A DNA stretch of 64,000 nt from Candidatus Woesearchaeota archaeon CG1_02_57_44 (GTDB lineage: Archaea > Nanobdellota > Nanobdellia > Woesearchaeales > CG1-02-57-44). Shown piece by piece: positions 8,527-17,554 of this stretch. Positions within the stretch are counted from its first letter, which is position 1, and every line of letters starts with the position of its first letter. The stretch lies in the NCBI GenBank assembly GCA_001871415.1, contig MNWW01000066.1, forward strand, positions 2,091 through 66,090, given 5' to 3'. The position numbers and the translations under genes were made by a program. The notes under the pieces were generated by a model, which was not told the origin of the DNA, did not search any database, and saw only the letters and a program-made list of their open reading frames with translations.

Positions 8527-9156
8527 ACTGCGCTGGTCGTCTTCATCCTGCTCCCGAAGAACAGCGGCTTGCGCAGTATCGCGCAGGAGACACTGCGACT
8601 GCTGACCCGGCCAGGCGAGCGCATGGAGCTTCGCGGCGAGGATATCCCATTCTGGCTTGAGCGACTCTCGCGGCAGGGAACGTCTGCAATAGGCCTGACA
8701 GGCCAGGACCTCTACACGGAATACCTCCTCAGCAGCAAAGCAAGAGCACGATCAACGCAGACCCTGCGCGTGCTGGCAAGCATCTCCTGGCAGGCATCAC
8801 AGACCCGCTTTGGCAAACCAGCGCTCTGTCTCATCGGTCCCTCAGATGCGACGCTCCCAGGACTCGCCAGCGCCAGGAGACCGCTTCGCGTCAGCGTTCC
8901 CGCAAAATACCGCGCACTTGGCAGACGGTACTTGAACACCCTAGAACTGCAAGGCTACACGTTCCTCAAACAATACCTTCGCGGAGGCATTGAAGCGACA
9001 ATCAAAGCAGGACTTGCTGACCTAGCCATCGACATCGTCTATACAGGTGATACCTTGCGCGAGATGGGTCTTGCGGTCTATAACATCATCCTGCTGAGCG
9101 ATTTCTATGTGCTGGAAACCAGCATGACGGATACAGGTGGCGATACCTATGAGTGA
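8527..9156 (+). CDS. hisG: ATP phosphoribosyltransferase, short form (HisG); no canonical start codon at the conserved N-terminus.
   Basis: C-terminal GLADLAIDIVYTGDTLREMGL and DIPFWLE...AIGLTGQDL motifs. The conserved N-terminal stretch LVVFILLPKNSGL lies between an in-frame TAG (8524-8526) and the first TTG (8569). Confidence 0.7.
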   Translation, partial: TALVVFILLPKNSGLRSIAQETLRLLTRPGERMELRGEDIPFWLERLSRQGTSAIGLTGQDLYTEYLLSSKARARSTQTLRVLASISWQASQTRFGKPALCLIGPSDATLPGLASARRPLRVSVPAKYRALGRRYLNTLELQGYTFLKQYLRGGIEATIKAGLADLAIDIVYTGDTLREMGLAVYNIILLSDFYVLETSMTDTGGDTYE

Positions 9157-11041
9157 CCCAGCCCCTACATGCACAGCAGGTATGCCTTGGCAAGACAGAA
9201 GCAGGCCTGCTGAGGCCCGGTCGCTGCCCGTGCGAGCATGCGTTCGCGCCATGCGCGCCTACGAGCCCCCACTGGAAGAAAGGACAGGCATCCGCCTGGA
9301 TTTCAATGAGAACACCCGGGGCTGCTCACCGACGGTGCTTGCGGCCATCCGTTCCATGGACGGGCGCGACATCGCCCAGTATCCATCATATCGCGCACTG
9401 CTCACGACCATCAGCCGGACCCATGGCCTGGATATCGCGAGCGTCTTGCTCACCAATGGCGCCGACGACGCGCTGCGCGTCATCATGGACGCATGTGTCA
9501 GCGCCGGCGACACCATCCTCTTGCTGTCCCCCTCATTCAGCGTATACCAGACCTATGCGTCGTTGCGGGAGGCAGTGGTACGATGGGTCCCCTATGAAGA
9601 CAGCTTCGCGTTCCCCTTCACGTCGCTGCAGGACGCACTGAGATCACAGTCGCCACGACTCTGCATCATCGCCAACCCCAACAATCCCACGGGCACCACC
9701 ATCACGCCACAAGCCCTCCTCGGACTCACCGCCGCGAATCCCGCGACGCTGTTCATCATCGACGAGGCGTACGCTGACTTCTCCGGGCAGACCTGCCTTT
9801 CGCTCCCTCGACCAGAAAACATGTTCATTATCAGAAGCCTCTCGAAATCCTATGGACTGGCAGGACTGCGTCTGGGTTTTCTCGTCGCCGCACCAGCAAT
9901 CGCGACGCAGCTGCGCAAAGCCGCATCCCCCTACGCGGTGAACGTCATGGCCGTAAAGGCAGGCATCGCAGCGCTTGAAGACCGACAGTATCTCCGATCA
10001 TCCGTCAAGGAGGTCATAGAGAACCGGTCCTGGTTGCGCGCGCAGCTTGGCGTCAGAGGTATACACTCATACCCCAGCGAGGCTAATTTCCTTCTGGTCT
10101 CCAACAGCGCCATCGGCAGACGACGCGTCTCAGACATCCTCTCATCGCGAGGGATACGCACGCGGCGATTTCCTGAGCTCGGCTGTATCCGCGTCACCAT
10201 CGGCACTGCTCAGGAATGCGAAATGATATGCCTCGCGCTGGACGGCCGCGATAGCCGAGGAGCTCCTGACGCAGGCACACTACTCTTCGATCTGGATGGA
10301 ACCTTAATCGACATCAGCGCATCCTATTGGGAAGCCATACGCCAGACAGTGACGCAGTTCACCGGAAGGATCGTCTCCGACGATGAGATAACCGTCTATA
10401 AGAGCAAGGGAGGCATGAACAACGAGTGGGACCTGACCCAGACCATCCTCAGCAACAGCTGGACAGACGCGACACGTCGCATCACACGGACACCGCCGAG
10501 TCGCGAGACCATCATCGCGGCATTCCAACAGGCCTACTGGGACGACGGGCGAGGCCTTATCCTGCAGGAGAAACTACTCGCACCCATTGCGCTGCTCTCG
10601 TCGCTACGCACGTACTTCCGACTCGGCCTGGTCACGGGCAGACCCCGCAGGGAAACATCATTCACGCTGCGCCGGTTCGGCATCCAGGAACTGTTCAGCA
10701 CCATCATCTGCATGGAAGAATGCGCCCGCCAAAAACCAGACCCCTGCGGACTCAGACAAGCGATGAGCGCCACACCCGGACCATGGCGCTACATCGGCGA
10801 CTGCGTCGACGACATGCGCGCAGCGGCGCGAGCGGGCATCCCCTGCATCGGCATCACAACCGCGACACGAGCGCAGGCGTTACGCTTTGCAGGCGCAGCC
10901 GCCACGTATCCATCCGTCATCGCCCTTGGCAAGGATCTTATGGAGCTCGTGGAGCTCAGGCAGTGCCGCACTCCGTTACCTTCGTACCCACCAGCGACAA
11001 GACCTGCATCAAAAAGAACCGCAAGAGGATCGACCCCATGA
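9137..11041 (+). CDS. hisC: Histidinol-phosphate aminotransferase fused to a C-terminal HAD-IA phosphatase domain (candidate histidinol-phosphate phosphatase).
   Basis: Class II aminotransferase motifs (NENT..., SLSKSYGLAGLRLGF) in residues 1-370. Then FDLDGTL (HAD motif I), LVTGRP (II), KPDP (III), GDCVDDM (IV). Start may be 9137, 9149 or 9182. Confidence 0.8.
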   Translation: MAIPMSDPAPTCTAGMPWQDRSRPAEARSLPVRACVRAMRAYEPPLEERTGIRLDFNENTRGCSPTVLAAIRSMDGRDIAQYPSYRALLTTISRTHGLDIASVLLTNGADDALRVIMDACVSAGDTILLLSPSFSVYQTYASLREAVVRWVPYEDSFAFPFTSLQDALRSQSPRLCIIANPNNPTGTTITPQALLGLTAANPATLFIIDEAYADFSGQTCLSLPRPENMFIIRSLSKSYGLAGLRLGFLVAAPAIATQLRKAASPYAVNVMAVKAGIAALEDRQYLRSSVKEVIENRSWLRAQLGVRGIHSYPSEANFLLVSNSAIGRRRVSDILSSRGIRTRRFPELGCIRVTIGTAQECEMICLALDGRDSRGAPDAGTLLFDLDGTLIDISASYWEAIRQTVTQFTGRIVSDDEITVYKSKGGMNNEWDLTQTILSNSWTDATRRITRTPPSRETIIAAFQQAYWDDGRGLILQEKLLAPIALLSSLRTYFRLGLVTGRPRRETSFTLRRFGIQELFSTIICMEECARQKPDPCGLRQAMSATPGPWRYIGDCVDDMRAAARAGIPCIGITTATRAQALRFAGAAATYPSVIALGKDLMELVELRQCRTPLPSYPPATRPASKRTARGSTP

Positions 11042-11640
11042 GAACAGCGACCATGACCCGGACGACCAAGGAAACATCCATCACTGCGCGCATCAATATG
11101 GAAGGCGCAGGCACCGTCGACATCACCACACCCATCGGCATGCTCAGCCACCTGCTCAGTGCGCTGTGCACACATGCGCGATTCGACCTCACGCTCGACG
11201 CCGTGGGCGACGTCGATGTCGATCAACACCACACGGTCGAGGACTGCGGGCTGGTGCTCGGACAAGCCATCAGCAAGGCCCTCGGCCCGCGCGACGGCAT
11301 CGCTCGCGCAGGATGCTTCACCTTCCCCATGGATGAGGCGTTGGCTTTCGCCGCCGTGGACCTCTCGGGTAGGCCCGCCCTGCAATGGCAGGCATGCTTC
11401 CGACGTCGCTTCTGCGGCGGCCTGGATCTGGATACGCTGGAGGATTTCCTGCAGGGCCTGTCCAGAGGATTGCAAGGCGTCATCGCTGTGGACATCCTGC
11501 GCGGACGAAGCGATCATCACATGGCAGAGGCAGGATTCAAGGCGCTCGGAAGAGCGTTGCGCATGGCCTGCCAGGCACAGCCAGGAGGCAACAGCAGCAA
11601 AGGTATGATAGACCGCCTTGACAGCGGCGAGGAAACGTGA
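11038..11640 (+). CDS. hisB: Imidazoleglycerol-phosphate dehydratase (monofunctional, no phosphatase domain).
   Basis: TKETSI..., DQHHTVED..., AEAGFKALGRAL motifs, 200 aa. ATGA overlap with the hisC stop. Confidence 0.85.
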   Translation: MRTATMTRTTKETSITARINMEGAGTVDITTPIGMLSHLLSALCTHARFDLTLDAVGDVDVDQHHTVEDCGLVLGQAISKALGPRDGIARAGCFTFPMDEALAFAAVDLSGRPALQWQACFRRRFCGGLDLDTLEDFLQGLSRGLQGVIAVDILRGRSDHHMAEAGFKALGRALRMACQAQPGGNSSKGMIDRLDSGEET

Positions 11641-11746
11641 GCCGTGACCACAGATATCGGAAGAGGGACCCATGAACACCACTAACACAAAAAAGAAAAC
11701 AGCCGTGTCGAACAGGACTGATAACAAGGATCGCCCGCAAAGCGAA

Positions 11747-12352
11747 ATGCGGCCGACCATCGGCATCATCGACTACGGCGCGGGCAATGTGCGCAGCGTC
11801 AGCAACGCGCTAGACGCGCTTGATGCGCGCTGGCGTATCGTCGTTGACCGCGATGAGGCGCAGGACTGCTCTGCCCTGATACTGCCTGGCGTCGGTAGCT
11901 TCGGCTATTGCATGCAGCAGCTTCGCAGACGAAAGCTCATCGCACCCCTACGCTCCGGCATACCGCTGCTTGGCATCTGCCTCGGGATGCAAGTGCTTTT
12001 TGAGAGAAGCGAAGAGAGCCCAGGAGCCAAAGGCCTCTGCCTGCTGGCAGGCGCGGTCGAAAAGCTGCAAGCCAGAAAGGTCCCGCATGTAGGATGGAAC
12101 CAGGTCTCCATGAAACGACCCTGGCCCTCAGGCTACGCGTACTTCGTGCACTCATACTGCATCACAGGCGTAAACTCTGCTGAGGGAATCCATGACGCTG
12201 CGACAGCGCTTGGCACCACCCGCTACGGCACCTGTTTCCGCAGCGCGGTCACGCAGAGCAATGTGACAGGATTTCAGTTCCATCCTGAAAAAAGCGGCAG
12301 CTATGGCCTCGCCTTGCTACGGAGGTGGCTGACATGCTTGCCAAGAGGATAA
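11747..12352 (+). CDS. hisH: Imidazole glycerol phosphate synthase, glutamine amidotransferase subunit.
   Basis: IGIIDYGAGNVRSV, GICLGMQVL, HSY/FQFHPEKS motifs. An alternative upstream start at 11672 would add a 25-aa Asn/Thr/Lys-rich tail. Confidence 0.85.
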   Translation: MRPTIGIIDYGAGNVRSVSNALDALDARWRIVVDRDEAQDCSALILPGVGSFGYCMQQLRRRKLIAPLRSGIPLLGICLGMQVLFERSEESPGAKGLCLLAGAVEKLQARKVPHVGWNQVSMKRPWPSGYAYFVHSYCITGVNSAEGIHDAATALGTTRYGTCFRSAVTQSNVTGFQFHPEKSGSYGLALLRRWLTCLPRG

Positions 12353-13137
12353 TCCCCTGCCTGGACATCAAAGGCAACCGGGTCGTCAAGGGCACCCGCT
12401 TCGCGCAGCTGCGCGACGCTGGTGATCCCGGCTCGCTCGCGGCTTCGTACGCGGCGCAGGGCGCGGATGAGCTCGCGCTGCTGGACATCTCCGCGACAGG
12501 GGAGAACCGTGGCACATCGTTAGCTGTCGTGTCATCAGTGGCATCGCGCGCATTCATCCCGTTGCTCGCCGGCGGCGGTGTGCGTACGCTCGATGACATC
12601 CAGGCGCTGCTTCGCGCAGGGGCCGATAAGGTGGCCATCAACACGACAGCAGTGCTCAACCCACGGCTCATCACGCAGGCGGCGAAACGCTTCGGCAGCC
12701 AGGCCGTGGTGGTGGCGATTGACGCCCGACGGGCGAACCTGGACGGGCAGATGCCAGGAGCGACGCAACGCAATATCGCATGTAGGCAAGCAGCATGGCA
12801 AGTGGTCATCCGCGCTGGCAGCGAGCCGACACAACTTGATGCATTGTGGTGGGCGCGAATGGTGGAGCGCCTTGGAGCAGGAGAGATCCTGCTGACCAGC
12901 ATGGACCGCGACGGCACCCGGCTCGGCTATGACATCGCCCTGACGAGGACCATCGCCAGGGCTGTCAATATCCCCGTCATCGCGTCAGGCGGCGCATCCG
13001 GCAGCGCCAGCATCATCGCGGTGCTGCGGGAAGGCCGCGCTGACGCAGCGCTCGCAGCCAGCATCTTCCACTACGACAGAGCGCTTCCGAGAGTCAAACA
13101 GGAATTGAAGAACGCGGGAATCAGGGTGAGAACATGA
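12325..13137 (+). CDS. hisF: Imidazole glycerol phosphate synthase, cyclase subunit.
   Basis: RIIPCLDIKGNRVVKG...LAGGGVRTLDD...IASGGAS motifs, 270 aa. Overlaps the hisH stop. Confidence 0.9.
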   Translation: MADMLAKRIIPCLDIKGNRVVKGTRFAQLRDAGDPGSLAASYAAQGADELALLDISATGENRGTSLAVVSSVASRAFIPLLAGGGVRTLDDIQALLRAGADKVAINTTAVLNPRLITQAAKRFGSQAVVVAIDARRANLDGQMPGATQRNIACRQAAWQVVIRAGSEPTQLDALWWARMVERLGAGEILLTSMDRDGTRLGYDIALTRTIARAVNIPVIASGGASGSASIIAVLREGRADAALAASIFHYDRALPRVKQELKNAGIRVRT

Positions 13138-14456
13138 TACTACCAAGCATAGACCTGATGGATGGCAAAGCAGTGCAGCTGCAGCAAGGCAAGACAAAAA
13201 TACTGGAGCGCGAAGATGTGATGGCGCTCGCCGAAGAGTTCTCACGCTATGGAGACCTCGCGGTCATCGACCTGGACGCGGCCAGAAGCATCAATGGCGA
13301 TGGGAGCGAACGCAAGGACAGCAATCGGGAACTGGTGAAGACATTGTGCCGACGCTACCCCTGCCGCGTTGGCGGAGGCATCCGGACACGCGCGGACGCG
13401 CAAGAGCTGCTCGCCGCAGGCGCGCGAAAGCTCATCATCGGCACTGCGGCTGAGCCGGGCCTGCTCTGCACGCTGCCACGAGAGCGGATTATCGTGGCGC
13501 TGGACGCGCTGCAGGGAAAAGTCACCAGCAATGGATGGCAACGCATCATCGAGGAATCTGTGTCCGCACGCGCGCAGCGACTTGAACAATACTGCAGCGG
13601 CTTCCTCTACACCTGCATCGAACGCGAAGGCATGCTGCAAGGTCCGGACTTGCAGACGGCACGTATGCTCGCGCGACAGACAATCAATAGGATAACGGTC
13701 GCAGGAGGCATCAGCATGGTAGTGGACGTGCGCGCCATCGCCGACGCAGACATGGACTGCCAGCTGGGCATGGCCATCTACACGGGTGCACTGTCGCTTG
13801 CCGACGCATTCATCAGCGCGCTGCGATTCCCGCAAGCAAAGGATGAACCATCGGCGACCAATGCACAATCCCGAACACCACTGAGCGTGACAACCGCAGC
13901 ACCACCAGCTGATGAAAGCAGCAGCGGCCTGCTGCCGACCATCGTCTGGGATGGCACCCAACCGCTCATGCTCGGCTATAGCTCGAAAGACTCGCTGCGC
14001 GCGAGCTTTCGCTCAGGCTTGGCGACGTTCTATTCCAGAAGCCGAAAAGAACTATGGGAGAAAGGAAAGACGAGCGGCAACACACTGCGTCTGCGACGTG
14101 TCGACTTCGACTGCGACCGGGACGCGCTGCTCTTCACCGTCGACCCGCAGGGGCCCACATGCCACACAGGAGGATGGTCCTGTTTTGATGAGCGCGCATT
14201 CTCCATCGCCCAACTGGAGGAGGTCATCAAAGAACGCATAGCGAGCGCTCCACCTGGCTCACGCACCGCGGCCTGGAGCATGCAGGATCTGCAGGATAAG
14301 ATCCGTGAAGAGGCGGATGAAGTGGCCTGCTTCACCAACAGGGAGAATCTCATCTGGGAGGCTGCGGATGTCACCTATTTCCTGACAGTCCTGCTCGCGC
14401 GGCAAGGGGTCGGCTGGAATGAGGTGCTCAACGAGCTTGCGAGGCGACGACGATGA
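13134..14456 (+). CDS. hisA-hisIE: Trifunctional fusion: ProFAR isomerase (HisA) + phosphoribosyl-AMP cyclohydrolase (HisI) + phosphoribosyl-ATP pyrophosphatase (HisE).
   Basis: HisA motifs: ILPSIDLMDGKAV, VGGGIRT, AGGIS (residues 1-240). Then an A/P/S linker. HisI: GLLPTIVWDG...CHTGGWSCF. HisE: QLEEVIKERI...EEADEVACF...DVTYFLTVLL. Confidence 0.85.
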   Translation: MILPSIDLMDGKAVQLQQGKTKILEREDVMALAEEFSRYGDLAVIDLDAARSINGDGSERKDSNRELVKTLCRRYPCRVGGGIRTRADAQELLAAGARKLIIGTAAEPGLLCTLPRERIIVALDALQGKVTSNGWQRIIEESVSARAQRLEQYCSGFLYTCIEREGMLQGPDLQTARMLARQTINRITVAGGISMVVDVRAIADADMDCQLGMAIYTGALSLADAFISALRFPQAKDEPSATNAQSRTPLSVTTAAPPADESSSGLLPTIVWDGTQPLMLGYSSKDSLRASFRSGLATFYSRSRKELWEKGKTSGNTLRLRRVDFDCDRDALLFTVDPQGPTCHTGGWSCFDERAFSIAQLEEVIKERIASAPPGSRTAAWSMQDLQDKIREEADEVACFTNRENLIWEAADVTYFLTVLLARQGVGWNEVLNELARRRR

Positions 14457-15697
14457 TACGATGCGACCCAGAGCAGATGACCCGAAAGCCACGCCTTCCT
14501 GACAGGGCCTTGCAGACACAGGTCCGCGACATCATCGACGATGTGCGCGCGCGAGGCGACGCCGCCGTGGACGAATATACCTTGCGCTTCGATGGTCGGA
14601 AGGGAACAGACGCATTGAAACCGCAGGAGATACGCGATGCTTTCTCCAGCCTCGATCGTCAGACACTCACAGACCTGAAAGAAGCCGCGGCACGCATAGA
14701 AGCATTCGCGCGATCGCAGATGCAGGCGGCTGAATCTTTGCGCCTCAGCGGCAGTGGGACAGGATCAGGAACCACGATGCTGCCGATCAACAGCGTCGGC
14801 TGCTACGTCCCTGGCGGCAGATATCCCTTGCCATCGTCAGCGCTCATGAGTGTCATTCCAGCCCGCGTCGCAGGGGTCGCCGACATCACCGTCTGTACGC
14901 CAAAACCCACGCCTGCGACCGTCGTCGCGGCATCGCTGGCAGGAGCGACACGCATCCTTCCTATCGGCGGGGCCCAAGCCATCGCAGCGATGGCCTATGG
15001 CACGGCCGACATACCCCGAGTGGAGAAGATCGTCGGGCCTGGCAACGCATATGTGACTGAAGCCAAGCGACAAGTCTTTGGTGAAGTGGACATCGATATG
15101 CTCGCTGGGCCATCCGAGCTGATGATCATCGCAGATAATAGCGCGGAGCCATCATGTATCGCAGCGGACCTGCTCGCGCAGGCAGAGCACGATGAGGACG
15201 CGCAGGTCTGGCTAGTGGCGACCGATGACGAGGTCATCAGCGAGGTCACGCGCTGTCTCGAGCGTCAGCTCACCGCATTGCCGGACACGCGGGTTGCACG
15301 CTCTGCCATGGTAAAAGCGCAGGTCTCTGTCGTGGATACGGATAGCGCGGTCACCATCGCGAACCGCATCGCGCCTGAGCACTTGGAGCTGCAAGCCAGG
15401 AATGCTGAAGCGATGGCGGCGCGATGCCGCGCGTATGGCTCGCTCTTCATCGGGGCCTGGTCAGCGGAAGTGCTCGGTGACTACTGCGCGGGCCCGAACC
15501 ACATCCTGCCCACCGGAGGCGCTGGCGCATATCGTGGAGGACTCAGCGTGATGGATTTCCTTGCGGTCAGGACCTGGCTGCGCCTTGACGAGCGACAGGC
15601 CCGTGAAGTATTGCCCTTGGCAGAGCGGTTAGCCCGCGTCGAAGGATTGGATGCGCACGCGAAGGCAGCGGGCAGGAGACTACGGCAAGACCCGTAA
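14453..15697 (+). CDS. hisD: Histidinol dehydrogenase.
   Basis: 414 aa with a conserved HisD layout (GGRYPLPSSALM..., AGPSE..., HLEL). ATGA overlap with the upstream stop. Confidence 0.9.
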   Translation: MIRCDPEQMTRKPRLPDRALQTQVRDIIDDVRARGDAAVDEYTLRFDGRKGTDALKPQEIRDAFSSLDRQTLTDLKEAAARIEAFARSQMQAAESLRLSGSGTGSGTTMLPINSVGCYVPGGRYPLPSSALMSVIPARVAGVADITVCTPKPTPATVVAASLAGATRILPIGGAQAIAAMAYGTADIPRVEKIVGPGNAYVTEAKRQVFGEVDIDMLAGPSELMIIADNSAEPSCIAADLLAQAEHDEDAQVWLVATDDEVISEVTRCLERQLTALPDTRVARSAMVKAQVSVVDTDSAVTIANRIAPEHLELQARNAEAMAARCRAYGSLFIGAWSAEVLGDYCAGPNHILPTGGAGAYRGGLSVMDFLAVRTWLRLDERQAREVLPLAERLARVEGLDAHAKAAGRRLRQDP

Positions 15698-15857
15698 TAT
15701 CATCGGGAAGAAACTTCATGACGCGGATATATTTATAATGCCAGTTCTCATTTTTCTCATCATACCTGTGGGGGCTGAAGTAGCGGATTGAATCCTAGGC
15801 ATCTAGTCAGCGCTCAGCTAATAGCAATCCAGAACAGAGACACCGGAGGCGACCATC

Positions 15858-17528
15858 ATGGCACATCATCCAAATGCAGGGCAACTAGCATCACCAAGCG
15901 ACTACGCCGACATCGGCGCGCTGTGCGGCGCGTATCAGAGCTGCAGTACAGGAGCCGTATCACCTGTGGTCTTTGGCACATCAGGCCATAGAGGCACATC
16001 GCTGGATGGCACATTCAATGAATCGCACATCCTCGCCATCACCCAGGCCATCTGCGACTATCGCGTCGCCCAGGGCATCGATGGTCCGCTCTATCTGGGC
16101 AATGATACGCACGCGCTCAGCGGGCCTGCCAAGCAGACCGCCCTTGAAGTGCTCGCCGCCAACAACGTGACGGTCATGGTGCAGGAGGGGACACCTGGTG
16201 AAGAGACCTATGTCCCGACTCCTGCGGTCTCGTATGCCATCCTGTCGCACAATCTCGATCCCGGCAAGGTGGGAACTGAAGGCGTTGCTGACGGCATCAT
16301 CATCACGCCTAGCCACAATCCTCCATGTGATGGCGGCTTCAAGTACAACCCGCCAAAAGGAGGCCCTGCCAATCCCGAATCTACTGCCTGGATACAGGAT
16401 CGCGCGAACGAACTTCTGCGCGGAGGCAACCGCGCTGTGCGAAGGACGGCGAATGCAAGCAAGATAAACGAGCTGACCCGACCCTACGATTTCGCAGGCA
16501 AGTATGTCGAAGGTCTGGCGAGCGTCATCGATGTGGAGGGGATACGTGCTTCGGGCATCCGTATTCTCGCCGACGCCATGGGCGGCGCAGGCATCGGATA
16601 CTGGGGGCGCATCGCCGAGGCATATGGGCTGAACATCACAGCACGCAATGACACTGCCGACCCCACGTTCTCGTTCATGACCCTTGATCATGACGGCCAG
16701 ATACGCATGGACTGCTCAAGCCCCTTCGCAATGGCAGGCATGCTGGCAGCGTTCAACCCTGAAGAATATGACATCGGCTTTGGCAATGACACGGATTTCG
16801 ATAGACACGGCGTCGTCACATCGCAAGGATTGATGAACCCTAACCATGTGTTGGCGGTGCTCACGGACTACCTGCTGTCCGCCCGTGATTTCGGCAATAT
16901 GAATCGGAACCAATCTGTGGCGACCCATGTCGGCAAGACCACGGTGAGCAGCGACATCAATGACCGTGTCATCCAAGCGCATGGCAGACGAATCCTGGAA
17001 GTGCTGCCGGGGTTCAAGTACTTTGTCGACGGGCTGCACTCCGGACAATTGGCGTTCGCTGGCGAGGAGAGCGCAGGCGCGAGTTTCCTTCGTACGGACG
17101 GCAGGGTCTGGACCACGGACAAGGATGGCATCGTGCCCTGCCTGCTCGCCGCAGAGCTGCATGCGCGCCGTGGACATTCACCTAGCACCCACTATCAGAT
17201 GCTCGAGGAGCGCTTCGGCAGGCATCATTACGAGCGCGTGGACATCCCAGCGACAGACGTGCAGAAGGCAGCGCTCAAAGGTGTGCAGCTCAGTGATGTT
17301 GATCTGGCGCAGTTGGGCGGCGATCCGGTATCCGGCAGGACCATCAGCATCGGTAATGATGCCATCGGCGGCTTCAAGCTACGCACGGCCAATGGTTGGG
17401 TGGTCGCGAGACCCAGCGGCACAGAAGACATCATCAAGATCTATGGCGAGTCGTTCATCGACAATGCTCATCTCGCACAGCTGCACGCTGACGCGCAGGG
17501 ATTGGTAGAACGATTAGCAGGAGACTAA
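15858..17528 (+). CDS. pgm: Phosphoglucomutase, bacterial alpha-D-glucose-phosphate-specific type (E. coli Pgm-like).
   Basis: 556 aa. FGTSGHRG, TPSHNPP, GEESAG motifs. The N-terminus AGQLASPSDYADIGALCGAY parallels E. coli Pgm [21 protein letters not shown]. Confidence 0.85.
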   Translation: MAHHPNAGQLASPSDYADIGALCGAYQSCSTGAVSPVVFGTSGHRGTSLDGTFNESHILAITQAICDYRVAQGIDGPLYLGNDTHALSGPAKQTALEVLAANNVTVMVQEGTPGEETYVPTPAVSYAILSHNLDPGKVGTEGVADGIIITPSHNPPCDGGFKYNPPKGGPANPESTAWIQDRANELLRGGNRAVRRTANASKINELTRPYDFAGKYVEGLASVIDVEGIRASGIRILADAMGGAGIGYWGRIAEAYGLNITARNDTADPTFSFMTLDHDGQIRMDCSSPFAMAGMLAAFNPEEYDIGFGNDTDFDRHGVVTSQGLMNPNHVLAVLTDYLLSARDFGNMNRNQSVATHVGKTTVSSDINDRVIQAHGRRILEVLPGFKYFVDGLHSGQLAFAGEESAGASFLRTDGRVWTTDKDGIVPCLLAAELHARRGHSPSTHYQMLEERFGRHHYERVDIPATDVQKAALKGVQLSDVDLAQLGGDPVSGRTISIGNDAIGGFKLRTANGWVVARPSGTEDIIKIYGESFIDNAHLAQLHADAQGLVERLAGD

Positions 17529-17554
17529 TGGGCGGCAGATAACCCCGACCCGTT

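Noticed and set aside
10426-11037. 5' extension of the hisB ORF (404-aa track ORF).
   Set aside because: The extension is the hisC coding region read out of frame. HisB homology begins at Met 11038.
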